From a virus (Duplodnaviria > Caudoviricetes): a stretch of 40,709 nucleotides of DNA. Each line of letters opens with the position of its first letter. The first letter of the stretch is position 1. The notes below the pieces were generated by a model. That model did no database searches and had not been told where the DNA came from. It was given only the letters and a program-made list of their open reading frames with translations. The DNA lies in the IMG/VR virus record IMGVR_UViG_3300027887_000005, positions 1 through 40,709 of that record, one strand, 5' to 3'. The position numbers and the translations under genes were made by a program. Positions 18,046 to 27,099 of this stretch are shown one piece after another.

Positions 18046-18074
18046 GCGTACTCCTTTCAAACATAGTACGCATC
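18044..18074 (-). promoter_or_regulatory. Hairpin occluding RBS/start codon of the HNH gene
   Basis: Minus strand ATG(C)CGTACT-ATGTTTGAAAGG-AGTACGCAT(G): 9 bp with one bulge. Confidence 0.55.
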
Positions 18075-18087
18075 GAATTTTATTCCG

Positions 18088-20049
18088 TCAAACCCTGACG
18101 GACTGGTAACGGAAATCTGTGGCGTCCGTTTCTTGTCTAATTAAGTCCAACATTTTTTGTCTAGTCTGTTCAGTCTCAAAATAATTACCCATGATTTGGA
18201 CAGTGACGGTTCTCTTGGGTGCAACCTCTAGGTTTGCATCTTTATTTAGATCAGAATTGGGGGCAGTATAACCACCGCCTACGCCTTCACCGCCAGCAAC
18301 TCCCTTGGCAGAACCACCGGCCATAGCGCCCAGGAGGCCTGACAGGGCGACTAATCCCATACCAGCGGCAAGCTCTGGGCCGTTAATAGCGGGGAATGTT
18401 TTAAAGGCGTCTAACATCATAAACCGACCTTGGGCCTCAGCTACGTCGGCGATCATGCCGAACATAAACCCTTTAGCGGCCTCAGATGCGCTCTTAGTCC
18501 CTGCGCCCCATGCTTTAAGGGCAGATGTTGCATTATTTTGGAAGGCCCCAAAGGCCGCTTTAGAAGCATTTGCTACCCCGTTTAACCCCTTAACCTGAGA
18601 GGCAGCGGAATTTCTAACTGAGGCAGCAATAACATCAGAGGTATTTTTCCCACTCTCCATACAGCGCCGATCAGCATCTTCCTGGGCCCTAACCTTATCC
18701 TCTTGGAGCATTTTAAGATCATTATGAAGCTGCTGTTCTCTGGCAATTTTAAGGGCCTTCTTCTGATCATCATCTAAGTCTTTACGAGCATCAATGGCCT
18801 GAAGGTCTGCGTTTAATTGGGCCCTAGTCTCTTTCTTTTTATCACTAAAAACTCTATCTACCTCAGCGGAATTGGTAGCAAAATGTAACTCATCTTCATG
18901 ACGCTTTTTAGCAAGTTGAAGCATATCATTTTCAAACTTTGCTTTATTGGCAAGCTCCTGGGTATTATCAAATCCACCCTTACCGGGTTCTCCTGCCCCG
19001 CCCTCGGTAGTTGGGCCGGCCTCAACTTTAACTTTACCCGCCGCCTGTAACTCTTCCTTCTTTTTTAAGATGGCCGCCTTGGCCTTTTCATATTCCTCAT
19101 CAGATATTTTATAAAACCCACCCATTCCAAGGCTTATACCCTTATGGCGTTCCTCTAAATTTTTAAGTTGATTATCAATCTCTTGGAGTTTATAGGCGGC
19201 CTTTTCAGCGTCGCTCCCATATATTCCCTTTAACCAAACATTAAAGGCATGGGCCATTTCATAAACTTCTTTAGTTAAACCCCTTACCAATGGGCCTATG
19301 GTCTTATTAAAAAGAAGCAAAAATGCTTCCTTAACTTCGTCTAGGGTTACTTTTAATTTTTGCCAGGTGGTTATAAGATCATCGGAGTCAACTTGGACAC
19401 CCTTAAAGGCAGTCTTTGAATTTTTAAGGACTTGTTCTAATATTGCTTGGCGCCGGCCCGTTTCCGATACTGCATTGGCGGCCTTGCCATGTGACTTGGC
19501 ATAATCTTCCACGGCCTTTTCTGCATCCACCATTAAACCCATATGGGCAAGCGTCCTGGTTCTTCCGGTAGCAATGGCCTCGGCTATTGATGAAAAATTA
19601 TCCTTTACTTCCCCACCCATTACTTTGGTCGCCTTAGCGGCAACCTCCATTATTTCTGGTAATCTCTTTGCCGACTCACCCATCATTACAATTGCCTTAT
19701 TGGCAGTTTGTAATAACTCGTGATCGCCTACTAATCCATGGGCCGCTTTAACTAAACCTTCCTTTAATTCTTCTCCAACCAGACCGGCGTTTTTAGAAAG
19801 AATATCAAACTGTCTATTGACAAGTTCAATCTTTTCCGCCTCCATAGTCCAATCAAATGATATCTTAGCAGCTATGGCAGCGGCACCAATGGCCGCCATA
19901 ACAACCCCAACACTCTTTAAGTTTGATATTATTGCTTTGAAGTGCTCTGGGTCGCCAAGCTCTCTTAATTTCTTAGCTACCCCATCAACTGATTTTAATG
20001 CATGGTCTGCGTTTAAAACTAGGTCAAGTGAAAGTTCATTGTCTGCCAT
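18088..20049 (-). CDS. Tail tape measure protein
   Basis: 653-aa Ala/Lys-rich helical protein after the chaperone pair; C-terminal TVTVQIMGN motif. Confidence 0.88.
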   Translation of the reverse strand: MADNELSLDLVLNADHALKSVDGVAKKLRELGDPEHFKAIISNLKSVGVVMAAIGAAAIAAKISFDWTMEAEKIELVNRQFDILSKNAGLVGEELKEGLVKAAHGLVGDHELLQTANKAIVMMGESAKRLPEIMEVAAKATKVMGGEVKDNFSSIAEAIATGRTRTLAHMGLMVDAEKAVEDYAKSHGKAANAVSETGRRQAILEQVLKNSKTAFKGVQVDSDDLITTWQKLKVTLDEVKEAFLLLFNKTIGPLVRGLTKEVYEMAHAFNVWLKGIYGSDAEKAAYKLQEIDNQLKNLEERHKGISLGMGGFYKISDEEYEKAKAAILKKKEELQAAGKVKVEAGPTTEGGAGEPGKGGFDNTQELANKAKFENDMLQLAKKRHEDELHFATNSAEVDRVFSDKKKETRAQLNADLQAIDARKDLDDDQKKALKIAREQQLHNDLKMLQEDKVRAQEDADRRCMESGKNTSDVIAASVRNSAASQVKGLNGVANASKAAFGAFQNNATSALKAWGAGTKSASEAAKGFMFGMIADVAEAQGRFMMLDAFKTFPAINGPELAAGMGLVALSGLLGAMAGGSAKGVAGGEGVGGGYTAPNSDLNKDANLEVAPKRTVTVQIMGNYFETEQTRQKMLDLIRQETDATDFRYQSVRV

Positions 20050-20386
20050 TGGCCTCTCCCATAACCTGTTTCATCCATAACATAGCATCTTCGGTTGTTA
20101 TTCCACGCTGCGATTCCTTGGCATGTGGCAACCGCTGGACAAACGCATTACGCATCTCTTGATAATATTTTACATCACCAAGGGAAACACTTTGAATATC
20201 TGTTAATTCGAGAAAGATTTTATTTAAGAACCTGTCCATCAGCTTTCTTCCTTCGACGAGCATTGAAAAAAACTGTCTGGCAGGAGTCTCTAGGGCCTGT
20301 TGTGGGAGGCACCTAAAGATGAAACAATATTCCGCCACCAGCTCCGGCGCACTAATCGTGACTCTTTCGGTTGTAGTAAGTTTTTT
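20036..20386 (-). CDS. Tail assembly chaperone, -1 frameshift extension (gpT-like)
   Basis: The -1 frame is open from the slippery site (KKLTTTERVTISAPELVAEYCF...) to 20036. Confidence 0.75.
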   Translation of the reverse strand, partial: KKLTTTERVTISAPELVAEYCFIFRCLPQQALETPARQFFSMLVEGRKLMDRFLNKIFLELTDIQSVSLGDVKYYQEMRNAFVQRLPHAKESQRGITTEDAMLWMKQVMGEANGRQ

Positions 20387-20745
20387 TTTACCTCTCCATC
20401 ATCACCAAGAGGTGTTTGCCGCCCAGTGGCCGACTCTATAACGAGGGAAAGTAAACCCACAACCTGGTTCATGCTGCAATCCCGAACATCCTCTAGCGTG
20501 ATGGACGGGCAAACGGAGGAGAATAGACGATGAAATTTGTCTATTAACTCCTCTACGGTTTTGCCCTCGTGCTTTGTGTTTTGCACCTCATCAAGTATAT
20601 TGATGAACTTGAACAACTGTTCAGTTGTTAATGGATTGATAGTATGTTGATTCCCATGGAGCTTGAAAATGACCTTGCCGACCAAGATTTTATCCAGATC
20701 GGCAACGGCCAGAGTTTTATCAATGCCAGTCATTTTCTGCATCAT
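20290..20745 (-). CDS. Tail assembly chaperone (gpG-like)
   Basis: Lies between the tail tube and tape measure genes and contains GTA AAA AAA AAC. Confidence 0.8.
   Translation of the reverse strand: MMQKMTGIDKTLAVADLDKILVGKVIFKLHGNQHTINPLTTEQLFKFINILDEVQNTKHEGKTVEELIDKFHRLFSSVCPSITLEDVRDCSMNQVVGLLSLVIESATGRQTPLGDDGEVKKNLLQPKESRLVRRSWWRNIVSSLGASHNRP
20380..20389 (-). other. Programmed -1 ribosomal frameshift site A AAA AAC
   Basis: A9-C run, in frame as X XXY YYZ; the -1 frame joins the downstream ORF. Confidence 0.8.
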
Positions 20746-21590
20746 ACAAAGTTGGCAGCAACCGTATTGACTGTAAATTCGTCATTTAACACAAAGTCTG
20801 TAGCGCCATCGGCGACCGTAAAGGCCACTTTGGAACTAGCAAACGTTGCGCTACCAGAAACTCCAATTTCAAAATAACCAATGACACCAGACACGGAACC
20901 ACTTACCAACCAATTCGATTTGTCAGCGGCAGGAACACCCACGCACTTGCAATGAATTGCTTCGGTTAGAGTGTAACCATCGAATACCGATACAGCAGTC
21001 ATAAGACCAGTACCAGTTCCGACGAAAGTGGGGGCACCGGCGGAGGCATGAATTAGGCCGATAGCGGTATCACCGTACATAGCAAAGCGGGCAGGGGTCG
21101 TTCCCATGTCTAAGTAGACATTCCATACAACCTTTAGACCTTGTTGCTCAGTAGGTGAATAAACAACCTCAGAAACAGACTCTGCGGTCGCCTTGAAGAA
21201 GGTCATATCGCTTGATTTGTCAGCATCGGCCTTTGATAAAGGGTGCAGAACGAGAGGAAGGGCCAGAGCAATGTCTGACTCGCCGACTCGCGACTCGAAA
21301 TAAACAGAGTAAGGACCTGTTCCAACTTTCTTGGCATTGGGAAAGGCCACTTTCCACTTGTCCTTATCGCTAATTTCGGATAGGACAGTTTCAATCTTGA
21401 TATTCAAACCAGAAACTCGGCGGTCAACAACGGTGTTGCCGAGCTGATCGACTTTCATCTCTGCCTTTTCAAAATTGATAGCTACTTTAACATTGGAAAC
21501 AGTTCCACCCAACTCAGTTCCACCGAAACTGACTTTACATGGACTAAGTTCCATGTTTGCGGGATTTGCATTTGAAAATGATACTGGCAT
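20742..21590 (-). CDS. Major tail tube protein
   Basis: Siphovirus tube-like N-terminal domain (ELGGT...KVDQLG) plus a C-terminal extension ending DFVLNDEFTV; GGAGG RBS. Confidence 0.8.
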   Translation of the reverse strand: MPVSFSNANPANMELSPCKVSFGGTELGGTVSNVKVAINFEKAEMKVDQLGNTVVDRRVSGLNIKIETVLSEISDKDKWKVAFPNAKKVGTGPYSVYFESRVGESDIALALPLVLHPLSKADADKSSDMTFFKATAESVSEVVYSPTEQQGLKVVWNVYLDMGTTPARFAMYGDTAIGLIHASAGAPTFVGTGTGLMTAVSVFDGYTLTEAIHCKCVGVPAADKSNWLVSGSVSGVIGYFEIGVSGSATFASSKVAFTVADGATDFVLNDEFTVNTVAANFV

Positions 21591-21599
21591 ATATCCTCC

Positions 21600-22094
21600 T
21601 TAAAATGATTCAAAACAATATGCAACACAGGTTAATATTACTTCTTTTTTAAAATCTTTCCTTCCGATATTACTATCTATTAAGACTGGCGAAAACTCTG
21701 CTCTTTTTGTTACCAGTTCAAACTTTATTTTAGAATTATCCGTCAAGGTTGCCTGGTCTAGCAAGCTCTGAACCACTGCTAGATATCTAAATGACTTCCT
21801 GGTAACCTCCTCTTCTTTAGTTTCCTCGACTATAATGTGAACATTTAGGGACATTTCGGCATTGATATAATTTGCTCCCCTAGTCTCTTTCATAAAATCA
21901 ACATCTTGAACCAAGACAAAGATGGCCGGCGACGTATAATTATCTTGTTCATTTATATAATATTTGAGTGGGGTTTCGCTGGTGATATGGGAGTCTGTTC
22001 GGTCGGTTCTTAATGCTGCCATGGAAGTAGACATATTATCCCGTAAATGTTTTACGATAAGATCAGTCACTTTCTCTGGCAATTGCCTAATCAT
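21600..22094 (-). CDS. Tail terminator/completion protein
   Basis: Position before the tube gene; SPAIFV motif; size. Confidence 0.6.
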   Translation of the reverse strand: MIRQLPEKVTDLIVKHLRDNMSTSMAALRTDRTDSHITSETPLKYYINEQDNYTSPAIFVLVQDVDFMKETRGANYINAEMSLNVHIIVEETKEEEVTRKSFRYLAVVQSLLDQATLTDNSKIKFELVTKRAEFSPVLIDSNIGRKDFKKEVILTCVAYCFESF

Positions 22095-22648
22095 TTCGCT
22101 GCATCCCTAGCGATAATAAACTTTTTCACTTCGCTCTTAAACATTGACCTAAACTTTTTGCCGTAAGTGTTAAACTTTCTTCTCTTCCCGCCTGTTTGGC
22201 GATACCAGGCCCAGGGGACATTGGTTTTTACTCTAATTCTATTGTCTGTTTTGATTTCTGCATATCCAGCAGACGCATTAGTAGTGGCGACGGCCTTAAG
22301 AAGCCTTCCAGTGAGCACCATAACCATGGTACCGCCTTCTTTAACCACGGTTTTAGTTCTAGTTTCGCCGCTCCTGGATAATTTAGAGGTTTTAAGACTG
22401 GAACCACCAGTGGCCATCCGGACCTTCCAGTCTCGGTATTTTGGTTTGACATCCGGCCATCGCTCAAGTCCATCTATAGCGCCCTGGTTTTTAAATCTGC
22501 TTAACTGATATTCAAAATACTTGGCCCGTAAAGTTCTGGCCCATAATTGGGGAAGGAATTTTCCATTCTTAAGCTGTTCCTTCATCCGCTTAGCTATGGC
22601 AGAGGAATAACTGACAGCATTTTTTAACGTAACTAATTCACTACTCAT
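22091..22648 (-). CDS. Virion morphogenesis (neck, Mu gpG/P2 gpS-like) protein
   Basis: Basic protein with RF..QG...W, LTGRL and TNVPWA..Q.GG motifs. Confidence 0.7.
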   Translation of the reverse strand: MSSELVTLKNAVSYSSAIAKRMKEQLKNGKFLPQLWARTLRAKYFEYQLSRFKNQGAIDGLERWPDVKPKYRDWKVRMATGGSSLKTSKLSRSGETRTKTVVKEGGTMVMVLTGRLLKAVATTNASAGYAEIKTDNRIRVKTNVPWAWYRQTGGKRRKFNTYGKKFRSMFKSEVKKFIIARDAAK

Positions 22649-23298
22649 CTATTAGGCTTCGGGTCACGAGCGGTTCCCCATACGGCCGAACCTGCTGGGT
22701 TTAATTGTCTACCTTGCTTCTGATAATAATCATCCCTTAATTGTTTAGACTGTTCTCTGTAGGCCTCAGCAAGTTTTTCATAACTATCTATAACTTGCTT
22801 TAAAGAGTCCTTGGGTAAATCCTCCATCCTAAATGACTCTGAAATCATTCTGGCATACCTTACTGCCAATTCTTGATAAGCATCAGCAGCAGCATATTTT
22901 AAAGCGGCAGGTTGGAGACCAGAGGTTATATTGGCAACATTGCCAGCTAACCCTAGGAAGTTTGACGCACTATTTAAAAATGAACTGAGCTGGGTGTCTG
23001 TAAACCATTGGTGATAGTAGGTTGCTTCTATTCTGGCACCCTCTAATGGGGCGGTAGCGAGCTGAAAGGAACCGCTCTCGATATCATCTAAAGCCACCAC
23101 TGATAGGGTGTCATTAACAAAAACCCCTATTGGGTATAACGCACCGACAAAGGAGGCCGTACGACGGATATCAAAAGTCTTAAAGTCTTTGGTAGTGCCA
23201 TTAGGTGCCCCTACACAACGCTTCTTCCATGCCAATTTATCTGTACCATTATCGGATAACAATGTCCTTAAGTCGGGTAACGCACTTGTCCAGGTCAC
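22645..23298 (-). CDS. Head-tail adaptor-like protein
   Basis: LRTLLSD and FTDTQL motifs with a helical C-terminus; position after the capsid gene. Confidence 0.6.
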   Translation of the reverse strand: MTWTSALPDLRTLLSDNGTDKLAWKKRCVGAPNGTTKDFKTFDIRRTASFVGALYPIGVFVNDTLSVVALDDIESGSFQLATAPLEGARIEATYYHQWFTDTQLSSFLNSASNFLGLAGNVANITSGLQPAALKYAAADAYQELAVRYARMISESFRMEDLPKDSLKQVIDSYEKLAEAYREQSKQLRDDYYQKQGRQLNPAGSAVWGTARDPKPNR

Positions 23299-23573
23299 GG
23301 CAGTACCTCATATTTTAAACCCAGCTTTTCCATTACTCCCCTCTTGGTGGCAGAGTCCTCAAATTCAAATGGAAATCTAGGGGTATCTATATATAGTTTT
23401 AACGCAGGGTAATATCTATCAACTGTCCATAAATTATTATTATAGGGAAATGCCTCTTGCAGTTCACAGACGTGATGGTTGATATAAAAAAGACCATCCA
23501 ATTCCTTTAGACGGGCGGGTGTATCGTCCTCTTTTTTCTGAGCAATAAAAACTTTCTTTTGTCCTTGCTTCAT
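23295..23573 (-). CDS. Hypothetical protein, weak DUF559/Vsr-like similarity
   Basis: WTVDRYYPALKLYID resembles the xDFYxPxxKLxIE motif. Start moved to MKQGQ, downstream of the terminator. Confidence 0.5.
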   Translation of the reverse strand: MKQGQKKVFIAQKKEDDTPARLKELDGLFYINHHVCELQEAFPYNNNLWTVDRYYPALKLYIDTPRFPFEFEDSATKRGVMEKLGLKYEVLP

Positions 23574-23586
23574 AACCCAACCTTTT

Positions 23587-23625
23587 AAAAAGGGGCGGGG
23601 AGCTAAAGGAGCAAACCCCACCCCC
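23587..23625 (-). terminator. Rho-independent terminator after the major capsid gene
   Basis: Minus strand GGGGGTGGGG...CCCCGCCCCT followed by TTTT. Confidence 0.78.
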
Positions 23626-23642
23626 GAACAAACTAGGAGAGA

Positions 23643-24809
23643 CTAGATGCTGCCATCATTACCTTGCCAGCCAAAACGACTGTCAATGTGATCGGCGTTT
23701 GCACGCATCCGACATTTGAAACGCATAATGTCTAAATCAAAGGAAGCGCCCGAAGCGGGGTTCTCATTGATTACACTGGCCGCTTCACGGATTTGACAAA
23801 CAAACCAAGGTTTCTTGGCGTCGATCAAATACCAGGCCTTGCTATAACCATCAACCTTGCCAAGGTTATTAAACATATATCGTGTAACGATAGGTTTAAA
23901 TTTGCCTTGAATAGGGTTGATAGAGAACTGTCCACCAGTGGTGCCAGCAACAGTGCCAGCAACAGAGGGGTAGAAACTGCTATTCGCTAACACAGCAGCG
24001 TCAAACTCATACAGAGCGGAGATCAGGAGAGTATCCGGGTCTACGTTCATTCTGAGTCCGAGCAGGTTCTTCTGGTCACGGAGGCCAGTAAAGGCAGCTT
24101 GGATATTGGGTTGGGTTAACGCACCGAAAGAAGCAGGACGATTTTTCCCGCCACCTTGCAGAGCAACTGACCAAGGATATGCTGACTCATCCGACGGCTT
24201 GGTTTCGCAAGCGGGGATTTTATAGTCGGCGTATTCGGCACCAAGGCCGGCCAATTTTCCATAACAAAGGACTTCGAGTAACACTTTCATGTACTCGCCC
24301 AGCAAACGGGATTGGGTTTGGATTTGACCCGATTGGTCATCTTCACTCAATTCCCAGGAAACTCCCCACATAGAACCGAATTTCCGGTTCTGGAGTTTAA
24401 TGTCCATTCCCTGAGTTTTCACTTCAGGATAACGTCCACCTTGGGCAACTTCCCGAGGGAAGGCAATACCATGGAGAGGAGCGTACAACTCAGTGTCTTT
24501 TTTCGATTGGGTAACAGTAACCCATTGCTCAAAAGTCAGAGGAACTGTTTCGTACATTCCATTAACGATGGTTTGGATACCCGAGCGTAGCAGTTGGGCG
24601 AAAGAAGAGGAAACCTCAGCTTCGCTAAACTTGCTGGCGACTTTCTCGAAGGCCTTTTTAAAAGAAAATCCCGACTCTTGTACGGGAAAATTTTCTTTGT
24701 CATTGGCGTCGATACCAAAACGCTTTTTAAAAGACTCATTCATGGCCACTTGTTCAGCGGAACCAGTAACGGCCTTCAACAATGTTTTTTGATTTTCTTG
24801 AAATTTCAT
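23643..24809 (-). CDS. Major capsid protein (HK97 fold, Mu gpT-like)
   Basis: KFGSMWGVSWE..EDDQ.G, PDTLLIS and AWYLID motifs; strong RBS and a downstream terminator. Confidence 0.88.
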   Translation of the reverse strand: MKFQENQKTLLKAVTGSAEQVAMNESFKKRFGIDANDKENFPVQESGFSFKKAFEKVASKFSEAEVSSSFAQLLRSGIQTIVNGMYETVPLTFEQWVTVTQSKKDTELYAPLHGIAFPREVAQGGRYPEVKTQGMDIKLQNRKFGSMWGVSWELSEDDQSGQIQTQSRLLGEYMKVLLEVLCYGKLAGLGAEYADYKIPACETKPSDESAYPWSVALQGGGKNRPASFGALTQPNIQAAFTGLRDQKNLLGLRMNVDPDTLLISALYEFDAAVLANSSFYPSVAGTVAGTTGGQFSINPIQGKFKPIVTRYMFNNLGKVDGYSKAWYLIDAKKPWFVCQIREAASVINENPASGASFDLDIMRFKCRMRANADHIDSRFGWQGNDGSI

Positions 24810-24818
24810 GGTGCCTCC

Positions 24819-25307
24819 TTAAACCATCAACGGTGCGCCGGCCAGGTGGACTTCAATTTCTTGTCCAGCAACAGCAGATGCAACCGCAGGCCCTTGGTAA
24901 AAACCAATGGCGACTAAGCTACCGGCAGTAGCAGTAACGTGGTAAGTGCCGGCGGCAGGGTCGGGGTATACCAATGCCCCCGAATTGATAGCGTCACCAG
25001 TCTTTAAGACTAGCTTAGCAATCACGCCATAAACAGCGCCCGGAAGGGACGGAATGGCCTGAGCGGCATCAACGTCAGTCCCTTGGGTAGGCGACTTCGG
25101 TTTGCCATCGACAACAGTAGCTTGGGCAAGGCCCAGAACATTGGCACCAGTTTCCCCGGAAGCAATGGCCTTTACAAGATGATTTGTGCCGTCCAGAACA
25201 AGCAAGTCTCCTTGATTGTAGCTGATAGTGGCGTCAGTCATGTTCTTCAGGTCATTGAAAAGCGTCCGAGGAGCGATGCTGCAAGTAATTCGATTAAATG
25301 CTTTCAT
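24819..25307 (-). CDS. Capsid decoration/cement protein
   Basis: Small A/G/V-rich protein (GDLLV, GDAINSGALVY) between the scaffold and capsid genes. Confidence 0.72.
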   Translation of the reverse strand: MKAFNRITCSIAPRTLFNDLKNMTDATISYNQGDLLVLDGTNHLVKAIASGETGANVLGLAQATVVDGKPKSPTQGTDVDAAQAIPSLPGAVYGVIAKLVLKTGDAINSGALVYPDPAAGTYHVTATAGSLVAIGFYQGPAVASAVAGQEIEVHLAGAPLMV

Positions 25308-25324
25308 TTTTCACTCCTTATTGA

Positions 25325-26746
25325 TTAAACGCAATCTTTGAACGACAGTGCGCCAGTTGTCACCTCTGCGAACTTCTCGGGATTTGCATTGCTCACAACC
25401 TCACCGCTGTTTGCTTTGAAACCTTCAACAAAAAGTTCTAATAGAGAATTAAACTGCTCTTTCGTTTTTACTTTGCGATCCTTAATGGACTCCTTAAACA
25501 TTTTAGTAACTTTACGTTCTAACTTACTTTCCATCAGTTTCTTTTCCATGTGGTCAGCAAGTTCATATTCATTAATTTTACCTTCCAGGGCGGCGATCTT
25601 AGCGGTTAATTCAATAATCTTATCGCTTTCCTTTACATCCGCCGGGGCCTCATCCTTCTTGGTTATTTTTACCAGGGTCTCAGGTTTTTTATCATTGGGA
25701 ATTTCAAAGGGTGCCTGGTCTTTAGTAATGACCTTTTCATCCCCTTCCTTAGCGCAGGCCTCAGCTTCAGCGATAGCGGGTTCCTTCTTTTCCGGAGCCT
25801 GTTCTGGGGCAGCGTCTACCTTTGGTTGTTTGGACATAAGAACGGAAGCGGCCTTAACGTGCATAGCACCGGCCTCAACAGCTTTAGGTCTTTCCATTCC
25901 CATCTCACCATAGACATTGCTCATCTCGGTTACTGATTGGGTATGATCGCCTTCAATACCAGTAAGATATTTGGCAATCATGGACTTAATAAGTTCTGCA
26001 TCTTGGGCAGCATCTGGATGCTCTTGGGAGTTTTGCTCTGGAGCAGCAGGGGCAGCTTGTGGGGCAGCGGGTGCCGGGGCCGGACTTTCTTGTTTTACAG
26101 GGGCCTCAGCTTCTTGATTTTTCTTCTTCATTTCTTTATCTCCTTCTAACATTGCTAAAATTTTTCCTCCTGCCCCAGGTGCGGTAACAAGGTCACAACT
26201 GATGGCATCGGTTATTTTTGTTGCTAATTTAACACTATCGACTCCAAACTCCATGGCCTTCTGAAGTTTAGGTTTGCAGGCGTCAGGGCAATCCTTCATA
26301 ATTTCTGTTATAGGTCTATGTTCTGCTTCACCATTGGCATTGATAGATAATCCTATAAAGTCTTGTCCTGGGAATTTCTTGGCATACTCTAAGGCGTGAG
26401 CGAGGAGTCCCTTGGCCCAAGAAAAATGAGCACCCTCAGCAAGGACTAGGTCGCCCATGAGTTGATGACGGCCATCATTAGCAGCTAAGGCAATATTTTC
26501 AAAGTGACCCAATACATCCTTAACCGACCGTTCTGGTCTTTCACTTTCCTCTTCATTGGTGGGGTGATCTGTAAAGATTTTTTTACCTTCAAAGATGGGC
26601 ACTGCCGTTTGCAGCGACTCTTTGGAATAGTAAAAAGCATCTTTCATATTGCCTAAACCTTCTTGGATAAGGACCACTCTAAACCTTTTACCTTGCGGTA
26701 ATTCAGTGACAGAGTCGACCTCTTGAAAGGACTGTTTAATTTTCAT
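25325..26746 (-). CDS. Prohead protease-scaffold fusion
   Basis: N-terminal protease motifs DHP, GLSIN and SCDLVTAPGAGG; C-terminal A/P/E/K-rich and coiled-coil scaffold region. Confidence 0.82.
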   Translation of the reverse strand: MKIKQSFQEVDSVTELPQGKRFRVVLIQEGLGNMKDAFYYSKESLQTAVPIFEGKKIFTDHPTNEEESERPERSVKDVLGHFENIALAANDGRHQLMGDLVLAEGAHFSWAKGLLAHALEYAKKFPGQDFIGLSINANGEAEHRPITEIMKDCPDACKPKLQKAMEFGVDSVKLATKITDAISCDLVTAPGAGGKILAMLEGDKEMKKKNQEAEAPVKQESPAPAPAAPQAAPAAPEQNSQEHPDAAQDAELIKSMIAKYLTGIEGDHTQSVTEMSNVYGEMGMERPKAVEAGAMHVKAASVLMSKQPKVDAAPEQAPEKKEPAIAEAEACAKEGDEKVITKDQAPFEIPNDKKPETLVKITKKDEAPADVKESDKIIELTAKIAALEGKINEYELADHMEKKLMESKLERKVTKMFKESIKDRKVKTKEQFNSLLELFVEGFKANSGEVVSNANPEKFAEVTTGALSFKDCV

Positions 26747-27099
26747 AATGTTCCTGAATATTTTTGGATAATGGGTGGGGTTATTGTAACTAAAATAGAA
26801 AATTTACCGCCCAATTGGGGCACAATTTGAGGGGAAATAGTACATTGTTTCAGATCAATACCCTCGTTTATAGCGATATATTCGACCTCTTCCAGCTTAT
26901 CACAGAATATTCCCCTGAAAAAATAGGTCTGTTTGATCAGTTTATTCTTGAGTATTTTAGTAGATTGGTCAATCATCCCGAGCTTACTATCGACCGTAAC
27001 TTTATTTTTTTCTCTATCTCTGATGAACTCTTCTAGTGTTGGTGCCCCATACTTCTTGGGGTTCTCCATTATTTCCTCAATAGTATTAGGAAACTGCAT
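26743..27099 (-). CDS. Hypothetical protein
   Basis: 118 aa, translationally coupled between the portal and protease genes. Confidence 0.65.
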   Translation of the reverse strand: MQFPNTIEEIMENPKKYGAPTLEEFIRDREKNKVTVDSKLGMIDQSTKILKNKLIKQTYFFRGIFCDKLEEVEYIAINEGIDLKQCTISPQIVPQLGGKFSILVTITPPIIQKYSGTL

